A stretch of 64,000 nucleotides of DNA, taken from NCBI GenBank assembly GCA_943359455.1, contig CALRHL010000002.1, positions 7,665 through 71,664 on the forward strand, written 5' to 3'. Position numbers and translations under genes: made by a program. Below, in pieces: positions 18,793 through 29,334 of this stretch. Positions within the stretch are counted from its first letter, which is position 1. Every line of letters starts with the position of its first letter. Under the pieces are notes generated by a model. The model saw only the letters and a program-made list of their open reading frames with translations, was not told the DNA's origin and made no database searches. Origin of the DNA: Candidatus Uhrbacteria bacterium RIFOXYB12_FULL_58_10 (GTDB lineage Bacteria > Patescibacteriota > Patescibacteriia > UBA9934 > GWF2-40-263).

Positions 18793-19485
18793 ATGAATAG
18801 ACCAGAAACAACCCTGTTTATGCTGATGTCCGTCGATGGAAAAATTTCCACTGGCGATACGGATGCCATGGATTTTGATCGTGACTTGAAAATGATTACT
18901 GGTGTTAAGGAAGGCTTGCATCAGTATTACGATCTGGAACAGCAAACCGACCTCGTGTCACTGAATACTGGTCGTGTGATGGCCAAAATTGGGATTAATG
19001 AACGGACGAATGAGCCAGAAAAAATTCCGGTGAGTTTTGTAATCATCGACAATGAGCCACATCTCACTGTGCAAGGTGTCGAGTATTTGTCGAAATGGGT
19101 TACGACCCTCTATCTCGTAACAACGAACAAGGCTCATCCAGCTCTGACCGCACCGAATGAAAACATCGTTGTGCTTACATACGAAGGCTCTATTGATCTC
19201 CCTGACCTATTTCGTCGTCTCCACACAGAGTTTAATATTGAACGTATCACTGTTCAGTCAGGAGGTACGCTGAACGCTTCGCTCATTCGTTCAGGACTCA
19301 TTGATCATCTCTCAATCGTCGTTGCTCCTATTGTTGTTGGAGGTATGTCCACTCCATCACTCATGGATGGCGAATCGCTGCATTCAGTAGAAGAGTCTCG
19401 TAAATTGCGAACGGTCACTTTGATTCATTCAACTGTTTTAAAGGATTCGTATTTGCATCTCCAATACGATGTGCAGAATGGATAA
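18793..19485 (+). CDS. RibD C-terminal/dihydrofolate reductase-like pyrimidine reductase
   Basis: MSVDGKI, QSGGTLN, GLIDHL..VAPIVVGG..TPSL.DG. Confidence 0.8.
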   Translation: MNRPETTLFMLMSVDGKISTGDTDAMDFDRDLKMITGVKEGLHQYYDLEQQTDLVSLNTGRVMAKIGINERTNEPEKIPVSFVIIDNEPHLTVQGVEYLSKWVTTLYLVTTNKAHPALTAPNENIVVLTYEGSIDLPDLFRRLHTEFNIERITVQSGGTLNASLIRSGLIDHLSIVVAPIVVGGMSTPSLMDGESLHSVEESRKLRTVTLIHSTVLKDSYLHLQYDVQNG

Positions 19486-19489
19486 AATT

Positions 19490-20704
19490 ATGGACAAACC
19501 AACTCACACATCGAAACAAGAGCTTATTGATCGGACGGGAGAGTTGTTTCGGGAACAGAAGGAACCTAGGTTTCCGACGGTTCGGGAGAAACTTTTGAGC
19601 GGAGTGGTGAAGCCGGATGCGCAGGTGTTTTTTTCGAGTTTTGATCATTTGAACCCGGCATATCCGAGTCGTATTGTGACGGGAAAGTTGCGTGCGGATG
19701 GAATTGTCTCAGCATTGCAGAATGAAAAAGTTGAAGGGGTAAGCGTTATGCTCGACTTGATTTCTCCCGAGAGTGATCGACAGAATGAAGGTGGTGGGTG
19801 GAGTCTCGGACTTGGAATCGTTCCAGATCAGCTGACGCGTATTTTGCGTGATCGGGAAACTTTTTATGCAAAAAATGAGTTGATTGCCCTTGATCAAGAA
19901 ACAATCCTCCGTGCGTTTTCATTGCAGATAGCAGACGCACTTCTTCCCACCCACCTTACAGGACCAGAACAAGAAACGTATGTGTCACAAATGCTCTGTC
20001 GTTTGTCCACAACGCTTGGGATATACAATTTTGCAGTTGGCGAAGCCCTTCGACGTGGACTTTCTGGCTCAGAGGCGATTGTAGAGTTACGCAATAGTGT
20101 CGAACAGGCGATTGGCCTCGATACTCGTTGGATTCAGGAAGTTCGTCAATCAACGATGCTCAAAAATATCGCGGATGCGCTGGAAGAAATGACACGGGTG
20201 GGATATCCATTTTGGAAAATGCCAGGACAGGAAGGAACTTCTTTCCTTCGTTTTATAACGGAGAAGGGGACAGAGGGAGGAAATGTCATTCACGACAGAG
20301 CCAGCTTTACTTTTTTTGATCGTCATAAAAAACCTGGCAGGACGATTCGTGAGAGTGCGATCTTTGACTTGATGCGCAAAGGAGAAGTGATTCCACGGAC
20401 AAATTTGTTGTTATTTGCCATTATGAGTGCACCAGAAATTCCACACTTTGGAAACACGTATGCACTTGAGCAAGCAAGTGTCGACTGGTTGAACGTTCAG
20501 GGAGATCGCTTAAAGATCGAACCGGATTTTCAAAATTCGATCCCGCTTGGACATGTGGCGATCGGAGGAAAAAAATCGCGATCACTTCTTCCTCTTAGCA
20601 TGCTTCATTTCCCACGTGAGCGATTGCGTGAGATTATCAAGCAAGTTTCAGAAACAGGGGTGATGCCAGACGAAGCTCCGTTTGGTCAAATGAATGCAAG
20701 TTGA
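19490..20704 (+). CDS. hypothetical protein
   Basis: About 400-aa ORF tightly packed between neighbours. Confidence 0.7.
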   Translation: MDKPTHTSKQELIDRTGELFREQKEPRFPTVREKLLSGVVKPDAQVFFSSFDHLNPAYPSRIVTGKLRADGIVSALQNEKVEGVSVMLDLISPESDRQNEGGGWSLGLGIVPDQLTRILRDRETFYAKNELIALDQETILRAFSLQIADALLPTHLTGPEQETYVSQMLCRLSTTLGIYNFAVGEALRRGLSGSEAIVELRNSVEQAIGLDTRWIQEVRQSTMLKNIADALEEMTRVGYPFWKMPGQEGTSFLRFITEKGTEGGNVIHDRASFTFFDRHKKPGRTIRESAIFDLMRKGEVIPRTNLLLFAIMSAPEIPHFGNTYALEQASVDWLNVQGDRLKIEPDFQNSIPLGHVAIGGKKSRSLLPLSMLHFPRERLREIIKQVSETGVMPDEAPFGQMNAS

Positions 20705-20706
20705 GT

Positions 20707-21690
20707 ATGTACGCTGACGCCCATTGTGATATTTCTGACAGCATTTTGTATGTTTATCCCGAAAAACGGGAACAATTCGAGTTATTTCGTCCGACAGAAG
20801 CTCGTTGGTCGCCACATCAAATTGATATCGATGGAATTCGGAAAGCAGGAACGAAACTCATGGTCTGGTCCATGTGTCCGATTGATGTGGACACGAAACC
20901 AATGCGCGTGTCGAGTCGATATGATGAGTTTCGTCGCCATCTCGATTTGTATCAAGAATTACTGTCGCGATTTGACGATCATTTCACTCTCATTTCGTCC
21001 GCGCATGATCTCAATGAAACATTTCTCGCGCATGATCGAGTTGGTGTTATTTTGCATATCGAAGGAATGGATTGCGTCGCGAATGCAAAGCATGTTGAAG
21101 AACTGTACCATCTTGGGGTTCGTTCTTTTGGTCTCGTTGGGATTAGTGGAAATCAAATCGCGACTAGCGCAACAACTCACACGGATGATCCGACACCGAT
21201 CTCAGAGCTCGGCAAGCAAATCATCGCGGTGCTTGAAACGCTTCCAGTCGCTCTCGACTGTGCGCATTTGAACACCGTCGCTTTCAACGATGTCGCCGAA
21301 CAGTCAAAAAAACCCTTGTACGTTTCCCACACAAACTGTCGTTCACTTTGTCCGGATCGAGGACAAAATCTCACGGACACACAGCTAAAACTCGTCGCCG
21401 ATCACAACGGCCTTGTGGGACTTTCTTTTTTCCCAAAGCTTTTGACCGGTTCGGAAGCAGGGACCGACGATCTCATCCACCACCTCGATCATGCTCTCAC
21501 GATTCTCGGACCCGATCATCTCTGTTTCGGTTCTGACTTCGACGGCATGTCGCATCCGGCGATGGTTGGTCTTGAGACGATCTCCCAGATTCCTCAACTG
21601 TTTGATGCGCTCCGTGATCACGTATCACCAGAGCATTTACACAAAATTGCGTTTGAAAATTTATTCCGCTATTTTCAAAAGGTGTTGTGA
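20707..21690 (+). CDS. membrane dipeptidase family (peptidase M19)
   Basis: DAHCD, IEG, DCAHL, SHTN, NLTD.Q, GSDFDG. Confidence 0.9.
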   Translation: MYADAHCDISDSILYVYPEKREQFELFRPTEARWSPHQIDIDGIRKAGTKLMVWSMCPIDVDTKPMRVSSRYDEFRRHLDLYQELLSRFDDHFTLISSAHDLNETFLAHDRVGVILHIEGMDCVANAKHVEELYHLGVRSFGLVGISGNQIATSATTHTDDPTPISELGKQIIAVLETLPVALDCAHLNTVAFNDVAEQSKKPLYVSHTNCRSLCPDRGQNLTDTQLKLVADHNGLVGLSFFPKLLTGSEAGTDDLIHHLDHALTILGPDHLCFGSDFDGMSHPAMVGLETISQIPQLFDALRDHVSPEHLHKIAFENLFRYFQKVL

Positions 21691-22601
21691 CTTCTGAATT
21701 TGAAATTATTATTTTCTACAAATACACTTTCATTGCTGATCCAGTGGGTTTTGTGCGTTGGCAAAAAAAGATCTGTGAGGAGATCGGAATTTTTGGACGG
21801 ATTTTGATTGCACAAGAAGGGATAAATGGAACGGTGGAGGGGACAGTGGAGCAGATTCAGGATTATGAACGGCGGATGCATGCACAGGATGGCTCGCGTG
21901 GAACGTTTGGGAATTTTTCGGATGTTTGGTTTAAATCCAGTCCTGGAACCGGGAAGGCGTTTAAGAAATTGAAGGTGAAAGCACGTTCGGAAATTGTGAG
22001 TACAGGACTGTTACAGCATGCAGATATTGATCCGAACAAAGTGACAGGATCTCACATTGACGCAGAGGAGTTAAAATCCTGGATCGATCAAGGAGTCGAG
22101 TTTGAAATTGTGGATATGCGCAATGACTACGAATTTGCGGTCGGACATTTTACGGGGTCACATTCAAGTGGGATGAGAAATTTTCGTGACCTTCAAAAAA
22201 TAACCTCGACTTTGGTCGCTTTCAAAAATAAAAAAGTTCTGACCGTTTGTACATACGGAGTTCGCTGCGAAAAAGCTTCCGGTTACTTACTTCAACAGGG
22301 ATTTAAGGATGTTTATCAACTGCATGGTGGCATTGGATCGTATATGAAAAAATATCCCGGACAGGATTTTCATGGGTCCCTTTATGTTTTTGATGAGCGA
22401 ATGACGGAACAATTTACACCGAACTATACAGTGGTTGGAGTTTGTGTACGTTGTCAGACAAAAAGTGAACGGTTCGGAAACTGTGCGTGGAGTGAGTGTC
22501 ACAAGCAACTCATTATTTGTGAAGCTTGCGGGGTTCAAAATATATTCTGCTCAACCCCTTGCTCTTTTTCAAAAAAGAGTGTACCTTCCATTGATTCCTA
22601 A
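21687..22601 (+). CDS. trhO: rhodanese-domain tRNA U34 hydroxylase (UPF0176)
   Basis: FYKY, GRILIA.EGINGT, DMRNDYE..GHF, CT.GVRCEKAS, L.GGI..Y, VFDER. Confidence 0.85.
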   Translation: MTSEFEIIIFYKYTFIADPVGFVRWQKKICEEIGIFGRILIAQEGINGTVEGTVEQIQDYERRMHAQDGSRGTFGNFSDVWFKSSPGTGKAFKKLKVKARSEIVSTGLLQHADIDPNKVTGSHIDAEELKSWIDQGVEFEIVDMRNDYEFAVGHFTGSHSSGMRNFRDLQKITSTLVAFKNKKVLTVCTYGVRCEKASGYLLQQGFKDVYQLHGGIGSYMKKYPGQDFHGSLYVFDERMTEQFTPNYTVVGVCVRCQTKSERFGNCAWSECHKQLIICEACGVQNIFCSTPCSFSKKSVPSIDS

Positions 22602-22618
22602 ATCGCGCAATTATTACT

Positions 22619-22957
22619 ATGGGATTTACACCTCGTGCAGGCGGGTCAAAGGGAGGAAAAAAGTTTGGTGGACCACCACCTTGGAAGAAGCGTGGAGGAG
22701 CAGATACAGAACGCTCCATGTTATTTCCCGCGACGTGCGCAACATGCGGCAAAGACTGTCAGGTGCCGTTTAAACCAAACGGTCGAAAACCTGTTTTGTG
22801 CAGCAACTGTTTTGAAACAGACGGTCCATCAGAGTCTCGACATTTTGATCACCGCAAGCCGGAGCGAGCTGAATCTTCTTTAGCAGACGCGCAGTTGAAA
22901 TCGATTCATGTAAAGCTTGATGCGATTCTCAAAATACTCAATGACGCGACATTGTAA
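22619..22957 (+). CDS. CxxC-x17-CxxC domain protein
   Basis: ATCATCGKDCQVPFKPNGRKPVLCSNCF. Confidence 0.85.
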   Translation: MGFTPRAGGSKGGKKFGGPPPWKKRGGADTERSMLFPATCATCGKDCQVPFKPNGRKPVLCSNCFETDGPSESRHFDHRKPERAESSLADAQLKSIHVKLDAILKILNDATL

Positions 22958-22961
22958 ATTA

Positions 22962-22990
22962 AAAACACTCCGAAATTTTCGGAGTGTTTT
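22962..22990. terminator. bidirectional intrinsic terminator
   Basis: AAAACACTCCGAA/TTCGGAGTGTTTT between convergent genes. Confidence 0.75.
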
Positions 22991-23007
22991 CTGTCAGACG
23001 AATCTGA

Positions 23008-23088
23008 CTATGCGGCTGTCTCTTCTTCCGTTGGGGCTGGTGTCGCAACTTCTGCTTCTTCGGTTGCTGGGATCTGTGTGTCGTCCAT
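23008..23088 (-). CDS. possible 26-aa acidic peptide
   Basis: MDDTQIPATEEAEVATPAPTEEETAA, ending just before the terminator. Confidence 0.35.
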   Translation of the reverse strand: MDDTQIPATEEAEVATPAPTEEETAA

Positions 23089-23162
23089 AAAATTTACGGT
23101 TAACAGATTTAGACCAGAAGCATACGTGGGCAAGAACGTTTCGTCAATGGGCATAGAGACCT

Positions 23163-23606
23163 CTAGGTACGACGCATCGGTTTCAACTGTGCGATGATAA
23201 CGATGGCGAGGGATACGAGGACGAGGTTTTTTATGATGTATTGTCCTTCGAGTGTTGGGACGAGGAAGGATTGCCAAGTGATGCTTGGGAGAACAAAAAG
23301 TGGTAAAGCGGTTGTGAGCATGTGCAGGAAAAAAAAGGGAATAACGAGGCGGGAATATTTTGGGATAAGAAACAGGATGCCGATTGTCATTTCGAATAAG
23401 CCGAATAGCACAATGAATTGTGAGAAGGTGAGGAAGGGAAGTGCGGATTCCATGAGTGACTCGACGAGTGCGTTGGCAGGACTCATTCCGAATACTTTGA
23501 GAATTCCGAACCAAAAAAAGACGATGAAGAAAGCAATACGGGCTATGAGGATTCCATAGTGTTTGGAAAAGTCGATGATACATTGATCAAAAGTGGCGAG
23601 ATTCAT
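23163..23606 (-). CDS. DoxX-like membrane protein
   Basis: R...VFFWFGILK...SPA, G.FE..IG, TLEGQYIIKN. Confidence 0.75.
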   Translation of the reverse strand: MNLATFDQCIIDFSKHYGILIARIAFFIVFFWFGILKVFGMSPANALVESLMESALPFLTFSQFIVLFGLFEMTIGILFLIPKYSRLVIPFFFLHMLTTALPLFVLPSITWQSFLVPTLEGQYIIKNLVLVSLAIVIIAQLKPMRRT

Positions 23607-23611
23607 ATGTT

Positions 23612-24844
23612 CTAGTATACATTTTCTCCGGCTAAATGTCCGGTTGCCCAGGAGGCTTGGAGATTGAATCCGCCGGTGTAGCCGTCGATATCGAGGATTT
23701 CGCCGGCGAAGAAAAGTCCCGGGCAGAGGCGGGATTGCATGGTGAGGGGATCGACTTCATTAAGGTTCACGCCACCAGCGGTCACGAATTCATCTCCGGC
23801 ACCGCGCTGAACAACGGAGAGCGGGATTGCTTTCAGCCATTGCGCCGTTTTTAACATTTCTTTTTTTGCGATTTGATTTCCGCGTTTTGTTTCACTGATG
23901 TTGAGTTCGCGAACGATGAGTTCTGCCAACGATTTTGGGACGAGTGTATGAATAATGTTTGAGAATTGTTTATTTGGATTTTCAGTCGTGTACGTTTCGA
24001 TTTTTGCTCTCAGTGAGTCTACTGTCTGTGTTGGGAATAGGTCGATCGTGATCAGAAGCGGATCGGTCGCGTCGTATTTTTCGAATGCGACGAGCGATGA
24101 GAGAGCGAAAACTGCTGGACCGCTGACTCCTTTATGGGTGAACAGAAACGGGCCAGTAAATGATGGAGACTCAGTTCGTTTCGCCGTGATTTTCGCGGAT
24201 TCAAATGACAGTCCGGAAAGTTCTTTAGGCCACGTCTCGCGTGTGAAAAACGCATTGAGACTTGGAGCGAGAGGAGTGATTGAATGTCCGAGAGATTGTG
24301 CAAAGGCGTATCCGTCACCGGTTGAGCCTGTGTGACGGTATGCTTGTCCACCGGTCGTGAGGACGAGTGTGTCGACGATCATCGGATCAGGATTTCCTTT
24401 GACCGTGATCGCGAATCCGTCCTTGCGTTTCTTTACTCCTGTCACCGCTGATTTGAGCAGGATATGAAAATGTGGATCGACAAATAGTCGCTCAAAGGCA
24501 CCAACAATGTCATGTCCATCGTCCGAAACAGGAAACACACGTAAGTCATCTTGTGTTTTCAGTGGCACACCACGTGATTCAAACCACTCGATGACAGCGG
24601 AAGGGGGAAAGCGAAACATTGCAGATGATAAAAATTTTCCACCACGCGGATATTTCGTGAGGACTTCTTTGACATCCAAAATCCCTGTTGTCACATTACA
24701 TCGACCTCCTCCTGAGATGATCACTTTTTTTCCGAGTCCATCGTTTCGATCAAACAAAAAAATTTCGGCGTCTGGATGCGTTTCAAAAATAGTCGCCGCG
24801 CACATGAGTCCTGCGGCTCCTGCACCGATGATTCCAACTCTCAT
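23612..24844 (-). CDS. HI0933/BaiN family flavoprotein
   Basis: IIGAGAAG, GKK..ISGGGRCN.T, TGSTGDG, VTAGGV, GE.LD.DG.TGGFNLQ. Confidence 0.92.
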   Translation of the reverse strand: MRVGIIGAGAAGLMCAATIFETHPDAEIFLFDRNDGLGKKVIISGGGRCNVTTGILDVKEVLTKYPRGGKFLSSAMFRFPPSAVIEWFESRGVPLKTQDDLRVFPVSDDGHDIVGAFERLFVDPHFHILLKSAVTGVKKRKDGFAITVKGNPDPMIVDTLVLTTGGQAYRHTGSTGDGYAFAQSLGHSITPLAPSLNAFFTRETWPKELSGLSFESAKITAKRTESPSFTGPFLFTHKGVSGPAVFALSSLVAFEKYDATDPLLITIDLFPTQTVDSLRAKIETYTTENPNKQFSNIIHTLVPKSLAELIVRELNISETKRGNQIAKKEMLKTAQWLKAIPLSVVQRGAGDEFVTAGGVNLNEVDPLTMQSRLCPGLFFAGEILDIDGYTGGFNLQASWATGHLAGENVY

Positions 24845-26619
24845 ACGCTTACACGTAACCATTCTTTTTCCACTTGTTCAAGCTCCTCGTCGATTTCTGC
24901 AAGGCGTTGCGCTTTTGCAGGAGCATAATCCGTTGGGTTTTCGAAGAAGTAAGCATGGATCGCACTTTTTTCCTTATCAAGTACTTGTATCCGATCTTCA
25001 CACTTCTGTTTGATGCGAAGTTGTGTGCGTCGCTCCTGGTGTCGGTTGGCAGAGGGTGTGAAGGTTCCGAGGTTCTTAGGTTCTGAGAGACAAGGCTCTT
25101 CGAACTTCAGACCCTTACCCTCCTTTTCCCCTTCTGTTTCTTCCATGAGATTCCCAACATATTCTTCATACGTCCCCGTGTAATGCCTGACCGTCCCGTC
25201 ACCGACTTCGTAGATCTGATCGACGAGTGCGTTCATAAACGTTCGTGCATGAGAAACAACAAGGACCGTGCCTTGATAAGCCTTGAGAGCTCGAGCGAGC
25301 ACTTCGACCGTCTCTGTGTCGAGGTGGTTTGTTGGTTCGTCGAGGATGAGGACGCTATGTTCATGCAACACAAGCATCGCAAGACGGACTCGCGCTCGTT
25401 CACCTCCTGAAAGAACGCGACACTTTTTTTCTAAATCGTCCTGTCGAAATAAAAATGCACCCGCTGCGGCGAGAATGCGTTCGCCAGAAGCGTCGGCGGG
25501 AGCAGCCTGTGTGAGAACATTCAACACCGTTGCATCAGGATGAAGTGTTTCTTCAGAAAGCTGTGAGAAGTATCCAATGTCTGCGCGATGCCACCATTTA
25601 AGTGATCCAGAAATAGGAGGGAGAAATCCCGCGAGTGTTTTGAGAAGCGTAGATTTTCCGCGTCCATTTTCTCCAACGATCGCCACCTTGGCCCCGCGTG
25701 AAATTTCAAGGGTAATATCGCGTGCAATAACCGTATCGCCATATCCAATCGCCAAATCTCGGCACACCACTGCTGGACCAGAAGCCACGTGTGGACAGGG
25801 AATGCGAAACGCGGCCGTTGGCAGATCGGTACCAATTTCTTTTAGCTGTTTACGCAATTTGGTGATATGTCGCAGCTTGCTTTGCGCACGTGTTGCCAAT
25901 GATGCCTTTGCCCGAAATCGATCTGCAAATGCTTGGGCAGACGCCATTTCTTTTCGGAGTCGTTTATTCGTTCGTTTTGCAAATTCGATCTGCTCATCTT
26001 TCCAGTCAAGATACGTTTCGAGGGTTCCTGGAAATTCTGATAACACTCCGCGTGAAATTTCCCATGTCGATGTACACACCGCCTGCATGGCTTCGCGATC
26101 GTGTGACGTCATCACAAACGATCCTGGATAATCGCGCAAAAATGATTCGAGCAGTAACAATGTTGGGAGGTCGAGATAGTTCATCGGTTCGTCGATGAGC
26201 AAGAGATTTGGATCATCGAGTAACATGCGAACAATTTTTACACGCATTTGATACCCACCGGAAAGGGAAGACGGTGGCTTTTGAAGATCGGTAGGTTTCA
26301 ATCCAAATCGTGACGCGCGTTTGGCGCATTCCCATTCTGGTTTTCCGCTCTGTTCCAGATAGGCAACCGTTGACTCATCATCGGGAAGTACTTCGTGTTG
26401 ACGTAAGACTCCAAGTTTTGTCCAAGGCATGAGTTTGTATTCGCCTTTGTCAGATCGCTCATCTCCCGACAATATTTTCAGCAATGTCGTTTTCCCAGAA
26501 CCATTTCTTCCAATCAAACCTATATGAGCTCCCTCAGAAATCACAAAAGATAGGTCGCCAAGCACGGTCTGTCGTCCATATGTTTTGGTAAGCCCAATGG
26601 CTTCAAGAAGCGGTTTCAT
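24841..26619 (-). CDS. ABC-F family ATPase
   Basis: Two ABC domains (GRNGSGKT, GENGRGKS; LSGG; DEPTNHLD), no TM segments. Confidence 0.92.
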   Translation of the reverse strand: MKPLLEAIGLTKTYGRQTVLGDLSFVISEGAHIGLIGRNGSGKTTLLKILSGDERSDKGEYKLMPWTKLGVLRQHEVLPDDESTVAYLEQSGKPEWECAKRASRFGLKPTDLQKPPSSLSGGYQMRVKIVRMLLDDPNLLLIDEPMNYLDLPTLLLLESFLRDYPGSFVMTSHDREAMQAVCTSTWEISRGVLSEFPGTLETYLDWKDEQIEFAKRTNKRLRKEMASAQAFADRFRAKASLATRAQSKLRHITKLRKQLKEIGTDLPTAAFRIPCPHVASGPAVVCRDLAIGYGDTVIARDITLEISRGAKVAIVGENGRGKSTLLKTLAGFLPPISGSLKWWHRADIGYFSQLSEETLHPDATVLNVLTQAAPADASGERILAAAGAFLFRQDDLEKKCRVLSGGERARVRLAMLVLHEHSVLILDEPTNHLDTETVEVLARALKAYQGTVLVVSHARTFMNALVDQIYEVGDGTVRHYTGTYEEYVGNLMEETEGEKEGKGLKFEEPCLSEPKNLGTFTPSANRHQERRTQLRIKQKCEDRIQVLDKEKSAIHAYFFENPTDYAPAKAQRLAEIDEELEQVEKEWLRVSV

Positions 26620-26641
26620 GGATTAGATTCTATCACGCCCC

Positions 26642-26960
<319 letters not shown>

Positions 26961-26975
26961 TAACGCGACAGACTC

Positions 26976-27007
26976 CAAAATCCGCCCAGGAAACTGGACG
27001 GATTTTG
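26976..27007 (+). terminator. intrinsic terminator
   Basis: CAAAATCCG.CCAG/CTGG.CGGATTTTG hairpin after the cold-shock gene. Confidence 0.6.
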
Positions 27008-27041
27008 ATTTGTGCCAAGATGCGAGTATCATATCAATCGC

Positions 27042-28178
27042 ATGTTTTCCTCTCTTGAAAAGTTATCCCCTGATCCATTATTTCGACTGCTCGAGCAGTT
27101 TCAGGCCGATCAGAATCCAAACAAGCTGAACTTGGGAATCGGGGTGTACGCAACGGAGCAAGGGGAGCCGTATGTGTTGCCTGTGGTTCAGCAAGCTGCG
27201 CGAGAGGTGAGTGTAGCGAATTTTAATTATCTGCCGATCGGAGGAGACCCGTTATTTTTGAAACAGACCGCTCGGATTGTATTTGGAGACATGACTGATC
27301 AGAGTTCGTTTGTCAGTCAGGCAACGTGCGGTGGGACGCATGCCTGCGCGTTGTTTGCTGAACTTGCACGTCGAGGTGAGATAAAAAAAATGATCATCGC
27401 AGAGCCAACGTGGGTGAATCATCGTCATATTTTTTCTGGATTTGAACAGACGTCTATCAGCCATCTTGATCAGGAAGGGAATCCAAATATCGATGGGTAT
27501 CGCACGGCAATTGATCAGGTAACAGAACCGACCGTTTTGCTCCTGCATGGCGGTCCAACGCATAATCCTACTGGACGGAATCTGACGAAGGAGCAGATCA
27601 ATTTGCTCATTCAACTCATTCAATCCAAACCAATTTTCGTCTTCATCGATTTTGCGTATCTTGGTCTTGGGGATGGTTTTGAACAGGACGCGATTTCTGT
27701 CCGCGCGCTTTGGTCTCAACTCGAAAACGTCGCAGTCGGTGTTTCGTTTTCTAAGAACGCAACGCTCTATTGTCATCGAACAGGAGCGTTATTCGTGAAA
27801 ACAGCAGATGGTGCGACGGTGGAGTCCAATCTTCGTCGTATTATGCGGACAACGATTTCAAATCCACCTGCGTATGGTGAAAAAATTCTCGTGAACGTTT
27901 TTGAAAATCATTTCGATCAATGGAAAGGGGAAGTTGATGCCATGCGTCAGAGTGTCGAGCGAAGACGAAAGGAACTCGTTTCTCGAATTCCAACACTCGG
28001 ATATTTGAGCGACACGCGTGGATTGTTTGGTATGCTTCGCATCACACAAGAACAGATCGATACTCTCAAGGCAGACTATTCAATTTATATCCCTGAGGCT
28101 GGACGAATTAATTTGTCTGGAATCCGACTCGATCGAATGGATTATTTGGTGAAAGCTATAAACTCAATTATCACCTGA
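27042..28178 (+). CDS. aspartate/aromatic amino acid aminotransferase (AspC/TyrB type)
   Basis: NLGIGVY, HNPTG, DFAYLG.G, SFSKN (PLP Lys), RTGAL, GRIN. Confidence 0.88.
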   Translation: MFSSLEKLSPDPLFRLLEQFQADQNPNKLNLGIGVYATEQGEPYVLPVVQQAAREVSVANFNYLPIGGDPLFLKQTARIVFGDMTDQSSFVSQATCGGTHACALFAELARRGEIKKMIIAEPTWVNHRHIFSGFEQTSISHLDQEGNPNIDGYRTAIDQVTEPTVLLLHGGPTHNPTGRNLTKEQINLLIQLIQSKPIFVFIDFAYLGLGDGFEQDAISVRALWSQLENVAVGVSFSKNATLYCHRTGALFVKTADGATVESNLRRIMRTTISNPPAYGEKILVNVFENHFDQWKGEVDAMRQSVERRRKELVSRIPTLGYLSDTRGLFGMLRITQEQIDTLKADYSIYIPEAGRINLSGIRLDRMDYLVKAINSIIT

Positions 28179-28253
28179 GTGAGCAAAGCGAGTCGAAGGC
28201 CGTTTCCTTCGGACAGCTAAGACGTCCTTCGACTTCGCTCTGCTTCGCTCAGG
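28174..28253. repeat. REP-like palindrome
   Basis: CCTGAG..GTCGAAGG / CCTTCGAC..CTCAGG inverted arms. Confidence 0.75.
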
Positions 28254-28265
28254 AAGTATGCGTGT

Positions 28266-29315
28266 ATGAACACAAAACGTATTCAGGCTGAAGTTCTTAA
28301 AGATTTTGTTATTCGTGTTTTGAATTGTGTTGCTGTTCGTTCAAGCGATGCAGCAGCCGTGGCAGAGGTTCTCGTCGAAGCAGACATGCGAGGAATTTCT
28401 TCGCATGGGGTTTCTCGGCTTGGGAGATATGTGAGAGCGGTGAAAAAAGGTGAAATCGATGTTGGAGCAACGATGGTATTTTTGAGTGAACGTGGATCCA
28501 CGTCTGTGCTCGACGCGGCAAATGGATTTGGTCAGGTTGCAGGAGTCATGGCTATGGATAAGGCGATCGCGACCGCACAGGAGTATGGGATCGGAATGGT
28601 GTTCGTGCGAAACTCATCTCATTTTGGAATCGCAGGATATTATGCCGAACGAGCACTTCCAAATTCGATCGGGATCGCGATGTCAAATACATCTCCTCTC
28701 GTTGTCCCGACAAACGGAAAACAGGCCGTACTCGGAACAAATCCAATCGCCGTCGCGGCTCCCACCCGTGGCGATGCGTGGCTCATGGATTTTTCAACAA
28801 GCGCCGTATCACGTGGAAAAATTGAAGTGTGTCAGCGCGAGGGAAAACCACTTGACCCCACATGGGCTCTCGACGAGGACGGCCGACCTTGTACCGATGC
28901 TCAGCACGTTCTCGACCTGCTCAGTGCAAGAAAAGCAGGAGGAATCGCTCCGATGGCTGATTATAAAGGGTATGGATTGTCGTTTATGGTTGATTTGTTG
29001 AGTGGAGTTCTTTCGGGTTCTGCCTTCGGATTGGACGTTCATGAGCACGCGCACGCAAATGTCGGACATTGTTTTCTTGCGATCAATATTGAATTTCTTA
29101 TGTCACTCGATGTGTATCTTCTGCGCATGAATGGATTTTGTGAAATGATGCGTCGGTCGGCTGCGGATGGGAATTACGTGTTTCTTCATGGAGAAAAAGA
29201 ATCAATCGCTCGTCGTCAATCGATTTCAGATGGGGTTCTGATCAAACCAGAAACAGAGACGATCCTCCGCGCGCTCGCTGATGAGTTTGGTCTTGATCAA
29301 GCTCAGTTCGGCTAA
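28266..29315 (+). CDS. Ldh_2 family oxidoreductase (malate/L-lactate dehydrogenase type 2)
   Basis: ADMRGISSHG, RNSSHFG.AG.Y, GTNPIA, YKGYGL. Confidence 0.9.
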   Translation: MNTKRIQAEVLKDFVIRVLNCVAVRSSDAAAVAEVLVEADMRGISSHGVSRLGRYVRAVKKGEIDVGATMVFLSERGSTSVLDAANGFGQVAGVMAMDKAIATAQEYGIGMVFVRNSSHFGIAGYYAERALPNSIGIAMSNTSPLVVPTNGKQAVLGTNPIAVAAPTRGDAWLMDFSTSAVSRGKIEVCQREGKPLDPTWALDEDGRPCTDAQHVLDLLSARKAGGIAPMADYKGYGLSFMVDLLSGVLSGSAFGLDVHEHAHANVGHCFLAINIEFLMSLDVYLLRMNGFCEMMRRSAADGNYVFLHGEKESIARRQSISDGVLIKPETETILRALADEFGLDQAQFG

Positions 29316-29334
29316 AGTGGTATAATACAGCGGT

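Noticed and set aside
1-19000. Prophage or autonomous transposon
   Set aside because: No integrase, transposase, terminase or structural gene recognised
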